DNA of 61,686 bases, filler included, from Squatina squatina (Eukaryota): assembly GCA_031763465.1 (NCBI GenBank). It is 4 parts of 3 records of this genome, joined end to end, with 100 filler letters (N's around TTAATTAATTAA, not from the genome) between each part and the next. Parts side by side here need not be neighbours in the genome. Positions count along the whole stretch, not along the records: positions 47,877 to 61,686 come from JARFOE010000004.1; 3 more parts are not named here. One strand, 5' to 3'. Of this stretch, positions 48,236 to 60,707 are shown in pieces; within the stretch, counting starts at the first letter, position 1; each line of letters begins with the position of its first letter. The position numbers and the translations under genes are program-made. Below the pieces are notes generated by a model, which was not told the origin of the DNA, did no database searches, and worked only from the letters and a program-made list of their open reading frames with translations.

Positions 48236-51200
48236 CTGGATTAATAGAAATTCTATTACTGGACTGTCACAAAAAATGTATCCTACAGTTTGATCTGAGG
48301 AAGCAGGTATTGAAGTAGTAACACTTCCCCCCCGCACCCCCCCGGTGCGTGTTAACATCATACGTACCCAGAGTGACCCGTTAGCATCGCAAATTCAGGG
48401 CCATTAAATCTGGTAGTTTATGAACACAGCTTGTTAGATTATGAACCTTATTTTAAAACTATAATATTGTATGCATTCCTTTGTAGAATGTCCTATATGT
48501 TGAATAGTTTCAATTCATTTAGTATATGACTTATTATTGAGGAATCTACATATTAAAAATAAAACCTGACCTCACAGGGATTAAGGTGTGTGGAGTGTTT
48601 CATTGAAGGTCACAAACTAAACTAGAAATTAGCCGAAAAACGAATAAAATGTTAATGGAAACATTAATCACACCAACCACTCTTGATCAAATCGATTGGC
48701 TCCCCTGCATCAACAGAGACTGTTAGTTATGTACTGTGCCATTAGAGTGACAGGGATCAGATTGCTCCTACTGGGCAGGTAGGGACAACTGATTGAAAAC
48801 TGACTATAGGCGACCAAATGATCTGTCTTACATTAGATTCCCAGGAATCAGCTGTGCATCACTAGACCAAGTTAGTAAAAAAGTCGCTCAAGATATGTAC
48901 TCTTTAAACTACCTTTCTTGCCTTGGCTTTAGATTAACTGTCTGTCCACTACCTCCAAAGATGGAGGGAAGAACATGTGAAGACAATGGAAATTAGGGCA
49001 TTTACACAGGGATATTTATTTTGCCTGCTTTTTCATTCTTTTAAAGGTCAAGCCAACCCAAACTCAAATGGATTGAACCGAATCGGGCAATATGCAGAGA
49101 ATCTTGACTTATCCTCAAAACGCCAATTTTAGATTACTTTCAGATTTGCAATTCAATCTGGAGCTCACTGCTAGTACATGGCATGTGCAAAGTCAGTGAG
49201 TTGGAGAATGCGGATGTGGTCTGTGCTATTACTGGTCTGGGAGGTATTCAGTGACTGAATAGGATTTGTCTTCTTTCTCATTGCAATCCGTCACCTTGAA
49301 AAGTGTGTACATATAAATGAAAAATGACAAAGCTTCTCGGAGATAATTCTGACTTTTTCTTTATTCATTTCGCTATGGAAAATCTCCCGCACATTTTTTC
49401 ATTTTTCTTCACAGAACTCCTTCCAGATATTCTGCTATCCAATTTTTCAATGATACAAAACACTGTGTAATACAGTTTAATATATTAATGGCCAGTAAGA
49501 TCATTATCTGTTTATTTTGATACTTAGCAATGTATAAATGATTAAATCTGCTGTCCCCATCTGAAATGACAGATTATATTTTTCAGTCTTCCCTAATCCA
49601 TAGCCGAGTCCTGCATTCTGAGAATGCATATTGAATTCAAAAGCAGTAACATGAGATATCTCGCTGCTACTGGCTACACAGGCTGTCTCTGTTCTGAAAC
49701 AGGGGACCACATGCTGAGTAAAACTTTTAACAATCACACATCACCTTGTGCTGTAACCCAACACTCCATCGCATGTTTTAGCATCTGATATGTTTATTTG
49801 TCTGTATGTTAGCTCCATAATGGGAGTTGTACTGAATAAACACAAATATAGCCCTAACATTTAATTGTGTACAGAACAATTACAGTTCTGAGAACTACTG
49901 CATGGGGATCTTTACTTCTACTAAATGTTAAATAGCTTTGAGCCACACTTTGCTTCTCGTTTGCTTCACTGACAATTCAGCTGTGGCTGAAAGCTCATTG
50001 CGTCATAGCAGTTCCGTCAGTCAAGGGAACGATAAAGGGAAGCTAATGCTAATTCGTTTGATTACATAGGTCTCTGAAAAAAAAAACTTAATTACAGCTA
50101 AAATTAAAGTGGAGTTGACGTAGAAGAGCAGCCATGGTCTTATTGAATGGCAGAGCAGGCTCAAAGGGGCCGTGTGGCCTTCTCCTGCTCCTTTTGCTTA
50201 TGTTTTTAGGCCAAGCTCCCATGCAGTGTAGTTAAAATTATGGGCAGAGCTTCTATCAGAAAACTGCGTGGAGGCCCCTTCCACCACTGTCTGGGCTCAG
50301 CAGCGCATAATATTTAGACCAGAACAAACCCACTTTTTGCCAGGATTGGAACGTTGGATCCATGATGTCTTGATGCTCAGTCCCTTCACTCTGCACTTGT
50401 TCTACTGAAAGCAATCAGCAATAGGACTGCTAAGAGCCAATTTTGAGTGGAAAAATATTTACCAAAGGTGGGAAGAACACATTTTTCTGCAATTAATGAC
50501 CCGTTAACAAAATCTTTGAAATGTGTAGTGTAGAAACAAATGATTTTACTTTACTTAATTAACTGGCATTCTCTTGGTTTTCATTAGAAGAATTCTATCC
50601 AGTAGTATTAGTTTCCCAGCCTCAGGAAATATGGCTGCCTAGATCNNNNNNNNNNNNNNNNNNNNNNNNNNNNNNNNNNNNNNNNNNNNNNNNNNNNNNN
50701 NNNNNNNNNNNNNNNNNNNNNNNNNNNNNNNNNNNNNNNNNNNNNNNNNNNNNNNNNNNNNNNNNNNNNNNNNNNNNNNNNNNNNNNNNNNNNNNNNNNN
50801 NNNNNNNNNNNNNNNNNNNNNNNNNNNNNNNNNNNNNNNNNNNNNNNNNNNNNNNNNNNNNNNNNNNNNNNNNNNNNNNNNNNNNNNNNNNNNNNNNNNN
50901 NNNNNNNNNNNNNNNNNNNNNNNNNNNNNNNNNNNNNNNNNNNNNNNNNNNNNNNNNNNNNNNNNNNNNNNNNNNNNNNNNNNNNNNNNNNNNNNNNNNN
51001 NNNNNNNNNNNNNNNNNNNNNNNNNNNNNNNNNNNNNNNNNNNNNNNNNNNNNNNNNNNNNNNNNNNNNNNNNNNNNNNNNNNNNNNNNNNNNNNNNNNN
51101 NNNNNNNNNNNNNNNNNNNNNNNNNNNNNNNNNNNNNNNNNNNNNNNNNNNNNNNNNNNNNNNNNNNNNNNNNNNNNNNNNNNNNNNNNNNNNNNNNNNN

Positions 51201-51510
51201 NNNNNNNNNNNNNNNNNNNNNNNNNNNNNNNNNNNNNNNNNNNNNNNNNNNNNNNNNNNNNNNNNNNNNNNNNNNNNNNNNNNNNNNNNNNNNNNNNNNN
51301 NNNNNNNNNNNNNNNNNNNNNNNNNNNNNNNNNNNNNNNNNNNNNNNNNNNNNNNNNNNNNNNNNNNNNNNNNNNNNNNNNNNNNNNNNCCCACATTTAC
51401 GGACAAACAAATTCTATCCCATTCTTGCAAAGTAACTGCTCAAGATACCACAAATGAATTCCGATTGGCCTTAAAACCCCTCCCTATATCCTTGTACTCC
51501 AAGTTCTTAC

Positions 51511-51760
51511 CAACTTGATTCGCTCTTTCCTCCTTTTGCATGGGGTGGAGCCCGAAGAGCCAGGTTCCGAATCCTTACTGATCCTGCATCCATCATCGTC
51601 AACATTTTCATCATCATCCTCATAGCACCAATCTGGTCTTTCTGGTGGGGGAGGAGCATCGTCTACTTCACCATAGCGACAGAAAAGTTCCTGCAGGTAT
51701 TCCCCTTTGTAAATGCCGGGGGGTCTTGCCTGAGCAAAAGTAGCAACTGCTGCTTCAATG
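51511..51760 (-). CDS. RNGTT: mRNA capping enzyme exon (end of triphosphatase domain, acidic linker, basic NLS-like motif)
   Basis: tatttag|C...TTG|gtaag. Reads [30 protein letters not shown]...[10 protein letters not shown]...KRRKERIKL. Confidence 0.95.
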
Positions 51761-52682
51761 CTAAATAGTACAAAAATACAATCGTCTTGTGTAAGAAAGT
51801 GGGCTAGAAAATAAACTGAATTGGAATCAGATTTCAAAATCTTATTAAAGTCAAAACAATATGCAGCAACAGGCAGTTCCTAAATCAATATTAGTGACAG
51901 ACCAAGTTAAAGCAAAAGGATGGTGAGGTAACATCACTCTGTATTGAAGAATTTAGATGTCCAGGTTGGCCACCTGAAACTAGCTGCATTCAACCCTCTT
52001 GTGCTCAGTTGCAGCCTTTTTGACCGCCAGAAGTCTGCTGTGTAAGCTTGTATGGCAAGTATCTCCTTGCTGCGCTGCAACAAGTGGAGACAATTACGCA
52101 ATCATCACAATAAGACCATGGTAATATTTTAATATACCTCTGGTATATTCTATGTATCTGGGTTTTGGATAGAAATGTTTATCCTTGGACCACTCATTTT
52201 GACACATTAGTCATTATTCTACACAGCTACATACAGAAAAAAGATTACAAAATCAGTCCTGCATGTAAGTCTTACCGGAGGTATTTTAACAGTATTCAGT
52301 TCATTTTATTTCATGATTTTGCTGCCACAGTAACTAAAATAGGCTCCATTATCAATCTATTACAGCACAAACTCAGGAAGGAATTCAAATACAAATAAGT
52401 CCGGAANNNNNNNNNNNNNNNNNNNNNNNNNNNNNNNNNNNNNNNNNNNNNNNNNNNNNNNNNNNNNNNNNNNNNNNNNNNNNNNNNNNNNNNNNNNNNN
52501 NNNNNNTTTTATTTTGAGAAATTGAGTTAATTACCCAGAGACCTGGCACATTTATCATGCAACCTATTTGTTGTTCTCATTCATTTTCAAAGGCTAAAAA
52601 TGCAACAAAAAATGATCATTCCAATCAACAAACTAGGATTTTATTTCTCCAGTAAAACTAAAGCAGATAAAGTACTACTTAC

Positions 52683-52786
52683 CCTTTGCACTGTAGTTTA
52701 ACATATTTAATTCCTTCTTTCTCTATTTCAGCCCTGTCATAAAACCTGCTTGTGTTTGTTAAATCAACTAAGAGTCCCATGTTCAC
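52683..52786 (-). CDS. RNGTT: mRNA capping enzyme exon (RNA triphosphatase domain)
   Basis: tttcttttag|GTG...AAAGG|gtaagt, 104 nt. Reads [34 protein letters not shown](G). Not in the ORF track. Confidence 0.95.
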
Positions 52787-54124
52787 CTAAAAGAAACATG
52801 TACAAAATGTAAAAAGAAAAGTTTCACACAAATTATTCAAGTGTTATACAACTAATCAGAAACTTTGTTCTACTTTTCATAAGCACAATGCAAAGTTTCT
52901 GCCCACGGTAACGGTTCAACTTTCGCTGCATCCTGCAACTTTTCTAAAACAGAATTGATGGAAGTGGAGACCACTGCGTCTTTTTTTGGGAAAACTGTTA
53001 ATACTTAAAGCAGAGAAAGATACAACGCTTTGGAGAGAGAGCGGAACTGTAGAATTCATTTTGGTTTGCCCCAGAAAAGAGCCGGCACAGGCTTGATGAG
53101 CCAATGGTCTCCTGTGCTGGGAACTTCCACGGTTATATAGATCTCCAAGACAATTACAGGCACTTGTTTTACAGCCCGTTTGTAACTTCCTACTAGGGAA
53201 TATAGATCAGCCGGCCACTGTGGGNNNNNNNNNNNNNNNNNNNNNNNNNNNNNNNNNNNNNNNNNNNNNNNNNNNNNNNNNNNNNNNNNNNNNNNNNNNN
53301 NNNNNNNNNNNNNNNNNNNNNNNNCCTCTCTTGAACGCTGCAATATTCTCAAAAAAGAGGGGGAAAAGCCGATTCTTTCTGAAACCACTGCAAGAATCTT
53401 AAATTACAGAAAGTTGGTCTGAAGTCTGCACTCAGCCGTCAAGGAGATCAGAACTATGCTGGGCCAAAGTTTAGTGAGCCACCGTCTCCCAGTGTTCTAC
53501 CTAAGCCACCCAGTCACTGGGTGGGAGTGCATGCTGCATATCCCAATGAGAGCAAGGAAATAATGACTGTCCACTTAAAGACTTTACTAAAAGTTAATGC
53601 ATAATTCAAGAACAGTTCAGGTTAGCTTAAACATTGATGTAATTAAGAATGTTTCAAGATTCAACTTGTTGCAGCAAATGGTCCTGCATTTTAGACTATA
53701 TTGTAAATTTCTCATTGTGCTTTTGGGATAACCATATACAAGTGGTGCTGGTAATGAAGTGAGATTGTGTCTATTAATATAAACCATGTAATTATTTGTA
53801 TATTTTCATATACTCAATTTCGAAGAAAGGAATTATAGTTTCATATGAGAATTTGTTGCCCTGCACCAGTTGGTGGGCAAAGTTCAATTTTATATTTTAT
53901 ATATAAAAGCAAATGGGCTTTGGAATTTTTTTTAATTGAAGACTATTTCAAGTTTGTATGAATCCCTGTTTGTAAATATTTTATTCCCTTGTTAATTTTT
54001 GCTACTAATATTTTCCCCACCCCTTCTCTACTATTCTGAAGTCACTTGACTTCTTGCTGGAGTTTGGTTCCATATATTTGTTCCTTGGCACCTTGAACGT
54101 TACAGGTGCATAATTCCGCAGAGC

Positions 54125-55162
54125 TGGACAACAAAAGTGAGAATGATGTGGTCAATCGTTCCAAATGCTGTGCAGAGGTCAAAGAAGATGAAGAAGGATA
54201 ATGCACTGCGGTCACAGTCGCAGAGGATATCATTCAGAATTTTGGTTAGGGATGTTTCAGCACTATAAGAAGGGTGGACGCTAGCCTGAAGGGATTTGAA
54301 CAGGCAGTTATGGAAGAGACAGGCACAAAGTTGGGAAATGGCAACACATTCAAGACTTTTGAAAAGAAAAGGAAGTTGGAGATTAGGTGCTAATTGGCAA
54401 GATGGAGGGTTGGGTCTGGGCTTTTTGAGGAGAGTGTTGACAATAGTGATTTTGAACTGAAGATGGATGTTGCCTGGGGACAGAAAACCATTGACAATGG
54501 AAACCAAAAAGGACAGTTAGGTGGCCAGGAGTTGAGTGTCAAAGGGATTGAGGAAGTATGACGTTTGTCCCGTGGGCAAGATGAGCTTGAGAGTGTGGGA
54601 TAAATGAGGGGAAAGCTGCAGAGTGGTGGGTGACTGAGGGTGCTAGGAGCTGGGTACAGCAGAGGCAGCTGAACGGATCGCCCTGGTCTTGATGACAACA
54701 AAATTCATGAGCTCCTCCCACTTGGCATTTGAGGTGGAGGGTGCAGGGAAGAAGAATTAAAGGGAGCAGTTGTTGAAGGAAAAATGAGCCTGGGATTACC
54801 CTTGCCCTCCAGGATCCTGATTGGTTTTGGCTGTGAAAAGCGAGGTACAGTAGTGCTTGATGTGATCAAGTCAGTTTTGGCAATGAATGGTTAGGTCAGT
54901 TGTGGTGTGGATACACTCAAGATTGCACATCACAGACTTGCGGCAGTGAAGATGGGGCCTCCATCAGGGCTGGGAGACAGTGAGGGTTTTGCTGGGAACA
55001 AGGTAGTCGAAGATAGAGGTGAAGGGGCAGTTAAGCAAGTCAACAACTGGAGAGGTGTCATGAAGAATAAAAGGCAAAGGCTTTAAGCAACTCTGAGGAG
55101 AGTTTTTTCCATATGAAGGGCAAATGGTGAAAGTAGCAGGATTGGAGGAAGGCAGGAGTATG
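54125..55162 (-). mobile_element. L2-clade LINE ORF2 (RT) fragment, degenerate
   Basis: Minus-strand peptide LPFLFKSLECV...SAETSLTKILNDILCDCD...FFDLCTAFGTIDH matches the L2/CR1 RT consensus (LPFLSKxLE, STETAL, LDLSAAFDTVDH). Confidence 0.85.
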
Positions 55163-56415
55163 NNNNNNNNNNNNNNNNNNNNNNNNNNNNNNNNNNNNNN
55201 NNNNNNNNNNNNNNNNNNNNNNNNNNNNNNNNNNNNNNNNNNNNNNNNNNNNNNNNNNNNNNAATTCTGAGCATTGTTGCAGCTGATTAGGGGCTGATCA
55301 TAGTCTCAACTGGTCCTTCAAGATTGTTGGGATAAATTTTTATAGTACATACAATTTTGAAAATCTGCACAATAAAGGACAGCTGATGCCAGTCCCAAAG
55401 CTGACCATAATTTACAGGTTTCACTGTATACTTACCCCAAATCTTCACTTGGGAACCACCAAAGTTAAAATTGTGGGACACCTGTCCCAGTTATAGTTGC
55501 TTTCAGCATGCTACTGCATCATCCAACAACACAACATCAAAGATAGGTATTCATCTAAAACAACGCACTTCAGTTTAAGTGTTCTCAGTTCAAACAAATT
55601 TCTCTCATCTTGATTTCCTTCATGCCCCTGAAGAAATCTTGTTTCTTTCAATTCCTCAAAGATAGTTTATTTGGGGATAATTTTAACCTAACCTGCCTGG
55701 AAGGAAAGGTGGTAGCAGGGAGAAGGGTGAGGGGTGGTAAGGAATGAATTTTTGGGGTGGGAATAGAAAGGGGACAGGAAGGAATGGGTGCTTGAGGATG
55801 CAGATGGTAGAAAGGAGCAGGAAATGGCATGTCAAGGGAGAATATGGTGACTCAATGCAGAAGGAGGGAATGGGAGCCTTCCATTTCCCTCCCAGCATCA
55901 GATTTGGGGAAGCCAGAGTTATTTACGTTTTTAGTAGTTTAAATAACCGGAGCTCCCCCAACTTTCTAGGAAAACGTTCAAGGGAAAGCTTCCCTGGAGC
56001 TCAAATGATCGTTGCTGCCTCTAACTGGAAACTGGTTTCTGAAGTGTGGGAGTGGGATTCCCTAAATGGCCTTTGCATGACTTTGGAGAAACCTCTAATT
56101 AAATTAGAAAATGTGTTACATAATGGGGGCTTCCCCAATATCATGCGAAAGACTCTTAAGGAATCTCGTATTTAAGGAAACACTTCAAGTGCCATTTAAG
56201 GGCAAAAATTGGCTTTTTTAGTGCAGTGTGGGGCACTAGGCTAAAGCCCAGGGCTACGACAGGCACAGGGGAATAGAAGGAAGCAAACCAGAGAGCCAGG
56301 ATGTGAATGAGAAAGCAGGGAGCATGTCAGATAGCCAGGATATTTTAGGAGTCAGCAGAAGAAGTAGTAATGGGGCTGGAAGCAGATGAGCAAAATTGCA
56401 GAACAAGAAATCGGG

Positions 56416-56611
56416 AATAAAAACAGAAAATATTGGAAATACTCAGCAGGTCAGGCAACATCTGTGGAGAGAGAAACAGAGTTAATGTTTCAGGCCGATG
56501 ACCTTTTGTCGGAGTTCTGACGAAGGGCCATCTACCTGAAACGTTAACTCTGTTTCTCTTTCCAGATGCTGCCTGACCTGCTGAGTATTTCCAGCATTTT
56601 CTGTTTTTATT
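56416..56611. mobile_element. Palindromic hairpin interspersed repeat, MITE-like or Penelope-terminus-derived
   Basis: aataaaaacagaaaatattggaaatactcagcaggtcaggc pairs with gcctgacctgctgagtatttccagcattttctgtttttatt. A half copy occurs at ~33081-33148. Confidence 0.85.
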
Positions 56612-58223
56612 TATGTAATTCCTCAGGTGTCTTTGAACCTGCATTTGTTGGCTCCTTGTGAAAGCTTCTTCCTCATCTAAGTACATAGAACTCCCAAAGG
56701 AATTTTATCCTCAGCACTTTGCTGCAAGTTGAATTACAGCAGCAAGTAACAATACTGCAGGAAAATACTGCAAAGAAAAAACAAGCATCGTGCACTCCAC
56801 AGCAACAAGAACTAATACAGGAAGCAAATGCAACCAAATATTAGTGCGGATGTTTCCAATCATGGTATGCTGCAGCAACCTATCTTTAAGAATCCAACTG
56901 TAGCAGCCCTGAACAAAGGATTGCTCGTGCCCCCATATTATGCGGGTGAGCTCAGTGATGAGATTGCAGCTGGCCAGAAAGGAACTCACTTGCATAATTT
57001 TCAACTTGCAATGAGACTTATACTCACAGGTAATTCAGTCTCTGGAAAGTACCCACGTTTCTTTGCTATAAAATGCAGTAGGCTTCGATTTGGGCTCATG
57101 ATTTTATGATCTCACCTTGTCACTTGCGATGACCAGTGGCACAACCTCATAAAATTGGCACTTGAAGCTTTATTCGATTAGGAACAATCAGAATGCATGA
57201 TGGTCATTTGAGACTTCACTAAAACATATAACAGTTTATTTTAATACTGGTGTTTATTTCAACACTTAAATAACAAAAATTAATCTGTAATCCTTTGGCA
57301 ATGTTAAACTGAAAGGTGTCGATTTTAGATTGCTCTGCTGTTAATAATGACCTAATTCCATGGAGCCATGGTAGATAATTAGTCACAGTTAATCTTAATT
57401 ATAGAAACCTTGCCCTCCAGGGTTTACTCCATTAGTTGTGTTGAATACCTACTAGCAGATGGTTGAACAAAATCTATAGTTCGCCAACAATGACTATTTA
57501 GTGGTGTGTAGTATCTATTGCACTGGCTCATCCAAAGAATTCATTCATTTAAAAAATGTTTTTAATAAAAAATGTGGAATTGAATTAGATCAAAATATTA
57601 AAAGAACAAATGCAAGATGTCCTATCTATATCAGAAAAAAAAACTTATTAAAAAACTTAACATATTGAAAATTCCTATGTGCCTATGGAAAAATCAGAAT
57701 AAATTAATTTACCTGAAATAAATCTAAAATGATTTAAACCGAACCATCTACCAGCCAATGTATCACATAATTGAGCAGCTCACCCTGAATAGGAGACTTT
57801 CAACCACTTAGCCATCACCTCACACATCAACTAGCTCTGCTTCCCATATTTCAGTCTAGAGTGTGACTAATCATTGCTATTGGCTTGATCCCATCATAAT
57901 TGGAAGTTAGTAAGCATCCCCAGTGAAATCATTGCCCCCTCCCAGTGAGTTCTTTCTGAGGAGGGAAGATAAGGCATTAGAACCTTCTCACATGCTGCAA
58001 TTTCTATGAGTAATTATCATTGAAAACCAATCCCAGCTTCAGTACACATGACCTGTTCAAGCAAGGGCAAAGAACATAAGAGTTGGGACATCATGTTGCA
58101 ATTTTACAAAACACTGGTTAGACCACACTTGTGCAGTTCTGGTTGCCACACTACAGAGAGGATGTAGTTGTGCTGGAGAGTGCAGGGGAAATTCACCAGG
58201 ATGTTATCTTGATNNNNNNNNNN

Positions 58224-58494
58224 TAAAAAGTGCGTAAGCACCTGGAAATATCAGTCTGGAGTATTTATCGATAATGTGGGTGTCTATCCAAATGTATCCT
58301 CTGAAATTTTTGTCCTTGTTTTCAGTTGTCTCATCAGCAATTGGTGGATGTACCAGTCCACTGTCCTGTTTTTCTCCATTCTGTGGCATATAATCAGGTT
58401 CAGCAAATTCAGCCAGGTTGCTGACTTCCCCATCACTGTAAGTACGCTCTACCATTAATGGTCTTGGCTGAGGTATTCCACATGTGCAAGGTAG
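58224..58494 (-). CDS. GABRR1: GABA-A receptor rho subunit last exon (M3-M4 loop and start of M4; end lost in gap)
   Basis: ttacag|CTA acceptor. Reads LPCTCGIPQPRPLMVERTYSDGEVSNL...YMPQNGEKQD...IDTHIIDKYSRLIFPGAYALF. The loop words YSDGEV and YMPxNGEK fit recalled rho1 best, and the position next to RNGTT agrees. Confidence 0.85.
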
Positions 58495-59864
58495 CTGTAA
58501 GAGGCGAGGCTTATATTAGTGATCAGAATAGAAGAATACTTGAAGGGAAAAAAATTTGCAGGAAAGAGCAAGGGAGTGGAACTAATTGGATAGCTCTTTG
58601 AAAGAGCTGGCACAGGTACAATGGACTGAATTCCCTCCTTCTGTGCTGTAAAATTCTATGAAACGAAATAGCCATACATCAGGATTAAGCAGTGTCAAAG
58701 ATTTATAAACGCTTATACTATAAAACAACAGGAGATCCAGTAGTACAGTGGCTTGCTGTAGTGCACTACAGATTCAGAAGCGCAGAGTTCAGCTGCACAG
58801 TTCCATATATAATGAGTCCCTGAACTTGGGTGGAAACTGCAGTCAATTCAAAACATTAACAGAAGCCTAGGCACAAGTCATCGGCATATTGTTTTAGCTG
58901 GAAAATAGTGCGTGACGTTTCTGCGACATGGGATGAGGCAATACATACATGGAAAAGATGAGCTGGAATGACAAAGGAATTGGCAAGAAAATCAATTGAG
59001 ATATGTTTTTTGAATTCTGACACCAGCCAGATAGATCAAAATGGTCTTATTCTGAAGCTATTCATTCAATGTTCCAATGTAATTTAAAATTGGGAGGCAA
59101 AAAAAAAAGTACAATATCTTCAGTAGCTGGAAGTATTTGCACGTGCTCAGTTCCAATAGTTTTTTTAATTGTTCTCGCCAGACTTCTCACAGGTTGGTGA
59201 GAAAGAAAGGTGAGGGGTGGAAATTTCAAGTATTGTGAGGTCTGTAACATGACTTGAAGGTGATATCAGGATGTTGTCAGCTTGTGAGAGTTTTATTGTG
59301 CCCTCGTGGAGTATGTTTGTAGTAGTTTGAACATGCAGCTGGTGAACAGAATGCAGGAGCAGGGTGCAAAAAGGATCACTGAGAAAGAGAGTAGAGACAG
59401 TGCAGAGAGATAGTGAGAGCAACGCCAGACAAAGAGACTGGGGAGGAAAACGAGAGGGAAGGTAAAGAAGGAACGTGAGAAGAGAGAGAGTGTGGTAGTT
59501 CATCAGAATGAACTGCTAAAACATCCAGTACAACTTAATGAGGAAATGTGACTTGAAGGTGGTATTAGAATGTTACAAAATTGTGAGAGTCTTATTGTAT
59601 TCTCGCCGAGTGTGCTTGTTGCTGTCAGCCCCTCCGTCTGTTTGGATGAACATTACTTTATCAAATTTGGGACCCGACATTTATGTACAGAATGCTTCTG
59701 CGCAGTTTCTGGTTCGTTGGCAGCAGTCACTCTGATAAAATATATCAGTATTAACTTCTGTAAGGATTTTCAATAAAAAAAAGTAAAAACTTACAGAACT
59801 ATTTTTAAGTTAAAATACTTTGCTCCATAATATCCAAACCAGGGTAAGTAGTTAGACTTCTCTC

Positions 59865-60210
59865 TGCTTAGCTCAATTGGTAGCACTTTTGCATCAGAGT
59901 AAAAAGGCTGCTGATTCAAGCCCCCCTCCAGGGACTTGAGCAGATAATCTAGGTTAACACTTCAGTGCGGGTACTGAGGGACTGCTCCATTGTCAGAGGT
60001 ACCATCTTTTAAATGAGACGTTAAACCAAGGCTCGATTGGCCAAAGATCCTATTGGCCATTCATTTAATTACCATTTATAGGATCCTGCTGTGCACGAAC
60101 AGTTGCCATGCATGCTTATATAGCAAAAATGACAATAAGTCACGTGAAGCATTTTAAGGCCTTTCCAAAAGAGGTGATTATGCAAGAGAAAAAAATGCAA
60201 GTTTTTTCTT
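59865..60210 (+). mobile_element. DeuSINE, near full length with internal deletion
   Basis: A-box tagctcaattggtag, B-box-like gattcaagccc, core shared with 21990-22177, tail aaatgcaagttttttctt. Confidence 0.75.
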
Positions 60211-60355
60211 TTTACCCTCCTTTAAAGTAAGTCCTTAAAGAAGTGTTAGTGCAAATGATTAGAGATATTAGGGATGGACTTCAGGTGATTAATATGTTGA
60301 TTCCACACTATAAAACAAAAGTAGTATTCAAAGGACATAGTATTAATGCTCTCAC

Positions 60356-60552
60356 CTTTTCTCGGAGTTTTCTTTCTTTCCTCTCCTGTAACGTAGTCAG
60401 GTAATTCACAGCTGCGTACTCCAGCACTGAGAGAAAGACAAACACAAAACTAACCCACAGGTAAATGTCCACAGCTTTAATATACGACACCCGTGGCATG
60501 GAAGCATTCACACCCGTGATGATGGTGGACATAGTTAGAACTGTCGTTATAC
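60356..60552 (-). CDS. GABRR1: GABA-A receptor rho subunit exon (M2-M3)
   Basis: attccag|GT...AAG|gtgag, 197 nt. Reads [65 protein letters not shown]. This exon alone cannot distinguish rho1 from rho2. Confidence 0.85.
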
Positions 60553-60624
60553 CTGGAATTACAGAAAATTTGAAAAATATTGTGCCCTCGGCTTCACTGG
60601 ACATCAAGACTACATTTCTGTATT

Positions 60625-60707
60625 GGACTACACTGGATTACACCACTACGCTTCTGCACTGAACTACACTGGATTACACCACTACGCTTCTGCACTGGAC
60701 TACACCA
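60625..60707. repeat. 36-nt tandem duplication in the GABRR intron
   Basis: g(g/a)actacactggattacaccactacgcttctgcact twice plus a partial third copy. Confidence 0.9.

Noticed and set aside
50608-51430. 262-263 aa ORFs, and other X-containing ORFs in the track
   Set aside because: They are open only because they run through N gaps.
55436-55481. Minus-strand segment with a GG|gtaagt donor as an RNGTT 5' exon
   Set aside because: The peptide (VSHNFNFGGSQVKIW) does not match RNGTT and the acceptor lacks a pyrimidine tract.
59865-59930. tRNA gene
   Set aside because: A/B boxes belong to a SINE head and there is no intact cloverleaf.
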